From Callorhinchus milii (lineage: Eukaryota), in NCBI RefSeq assembly GCF_018977255.1, contig NW_024704743.1:79362001-79426000 (forward strand): a stretch of DNA of 64,000 nt. The letters run 5' to 3'. Under the pieces are notes generated by a model. It searched no databases and had not been told where the DNA came from. It saw only the letters and a list, made by a program, of their open reading frames with translations. Made by a program: the position numbers and the translations under genes. Positions 62,946 to 64,000 of this stretch are shown one piece after another. Position 1 is the stretch's first letter. The number at the start of each line of letters is the position of its first letter.

Positions 62946-64000
62946 ATGCTGACATTCTTTTGATCGTTCATGGAAAGTGTACTGCACTATATTTCTGGCT
63001 TGTTGCGTGAAGGCACAGGAAGCACTCGTGAGAGTTGTCTTCGGGAAGTGATGTGACCAGAAGCGCTGCCTGGGGTCTCAGTTAATGGACCCCAACTACA
63101 TCTAATAATGGAATTGGTCTTTATTTACATCCACATTCAATACTCTGTGTGAAGAGATTCTGAGTGATACACAGGACTTGCTTGTGGGACCTGGTTTTGA
63201 ATGCAGCCCAGACTAATATGTTAAAAGGTTCCTTCCGTTCTAAGAGCTGGAATGGGCCTATATCATGTGAAATACCTTTGGGCAAATTGCACAATTAGAA
63301 AGATTTAGGATTTTAGCCTTTGGTTCTTTTCTGCTAATTTTCGCTGGTATATTTGCATTCAATTTGAACAGTGAGGGCTAATGACAGCACCAAGGCACTT
63401 CACAGAGTGGAGTCAGTTTGATTTATCAAGTCTCATTAATCTCAATCTCTCCCTTTGTCTCCAGATTGTTTTAGTTAAATAGCGGTGGGCTGGATTCTCA
63501 AATAAAGTACTGCCAAAAATGAAAATCTTTTTTAGTTGCTTTGGAAATTAATACATAATCAACAGTGATTTTTTTTAAGCAGGTGTTGATTTTCATTTGA
63601 TAACCAAAGCTTAAAGCTCAGACCACACTTCTTCAATCTTCAGTGTGGCTGCATCACGCATCAGCTGTGTGCACTTCCTGGCTGATCGTGTCCAACAGGA
63701 GAATGAACAGCCGAGAAACGGAATCAAATGGGCTATGCAAATGTGGCGTGTTTATTTTGCAAAGGGATTGAGTGTCTAGCAGTGGTTTGAAGACAAACCC
63801 AATGAGCGTGTTATAATGGAGATCCAAATGCGATCACAACTTGCTTGAGAACAAAAAAACACGTTTTTATGCTTCAAAGGCAAATACTGTCAAAAGTAGT
63901 AACTGTTCTTCTAGATTGAACAATGACTGGAAAAGTTAGGGCTCTTCAACCTTCAGAGTGTACTTCATACATTTTAAATCAGATTGAAACAAGTAAACCC

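Noticed and set aside
22040..64000. A gasdermin (GSDMC-like) or other gene downstream of CYRIB
   Set aside because: No ORF or exon with recognisable similarity; very divergent short exons cannot be excluded without tBLASTn
1..64000. CRISPR arrays, rRNA genes or prokaryotic-type systems
   Set aside because: The sequence is spliceosomal-intron-containing vertebrate DNA; no regularly spaced repeat-spacer array or rRNA similarity was seen

Overview
Vertebrate genomic DNA. The repeat landscape (Deu-domain SINEs, CR1 and L2 LINEs) points to a cartilaginous fish, but the species cannot be determined from the sequence alone. Bases 1 to about 22,040 hold the 3' part of CYRIB (FAM49B, CYFIP-related Rac1 interactor B) on the + strand. 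Nine GT-AG coding exons (6506-21262, 902 nt) splice in frame to the stop codon, with a poly(A) signal at 22014. The first coding exon (about 73 nt, MGNLLKVL...) is not in the window. I found no protein-coding gene in the remaining ~42 kb, which is dominated by decayed retroelements: a young tRNA-headed SINE family, older DeuSINEs, L2 and CR1 fragments, MITE-like remnants and an unclassified ~450-bp repeat. Between the repeats are blocks rich in ETS/E-box/RUNX/GATA/AP-1 motifs. The most notable observations are: (1) a degenerate duplicate of a CYRIB splice acceptor plus exon start in the last intron that could act as an in-phase alternative terminal exon; (2) a SINE inserted together with about 227 bp of unique 5' flank; (3) SINE subfamily steps (anticodon switch, internal deletion, tail hairpin matching an L2 tail); (4) a candidate ancestral MYC-type blood enhancer cluster with co-oriented CTCF-like sites. 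None of these is proven to be a new system; they are testable hypotheses. Family names and orthologue comparisons are from memory, not from database searches.
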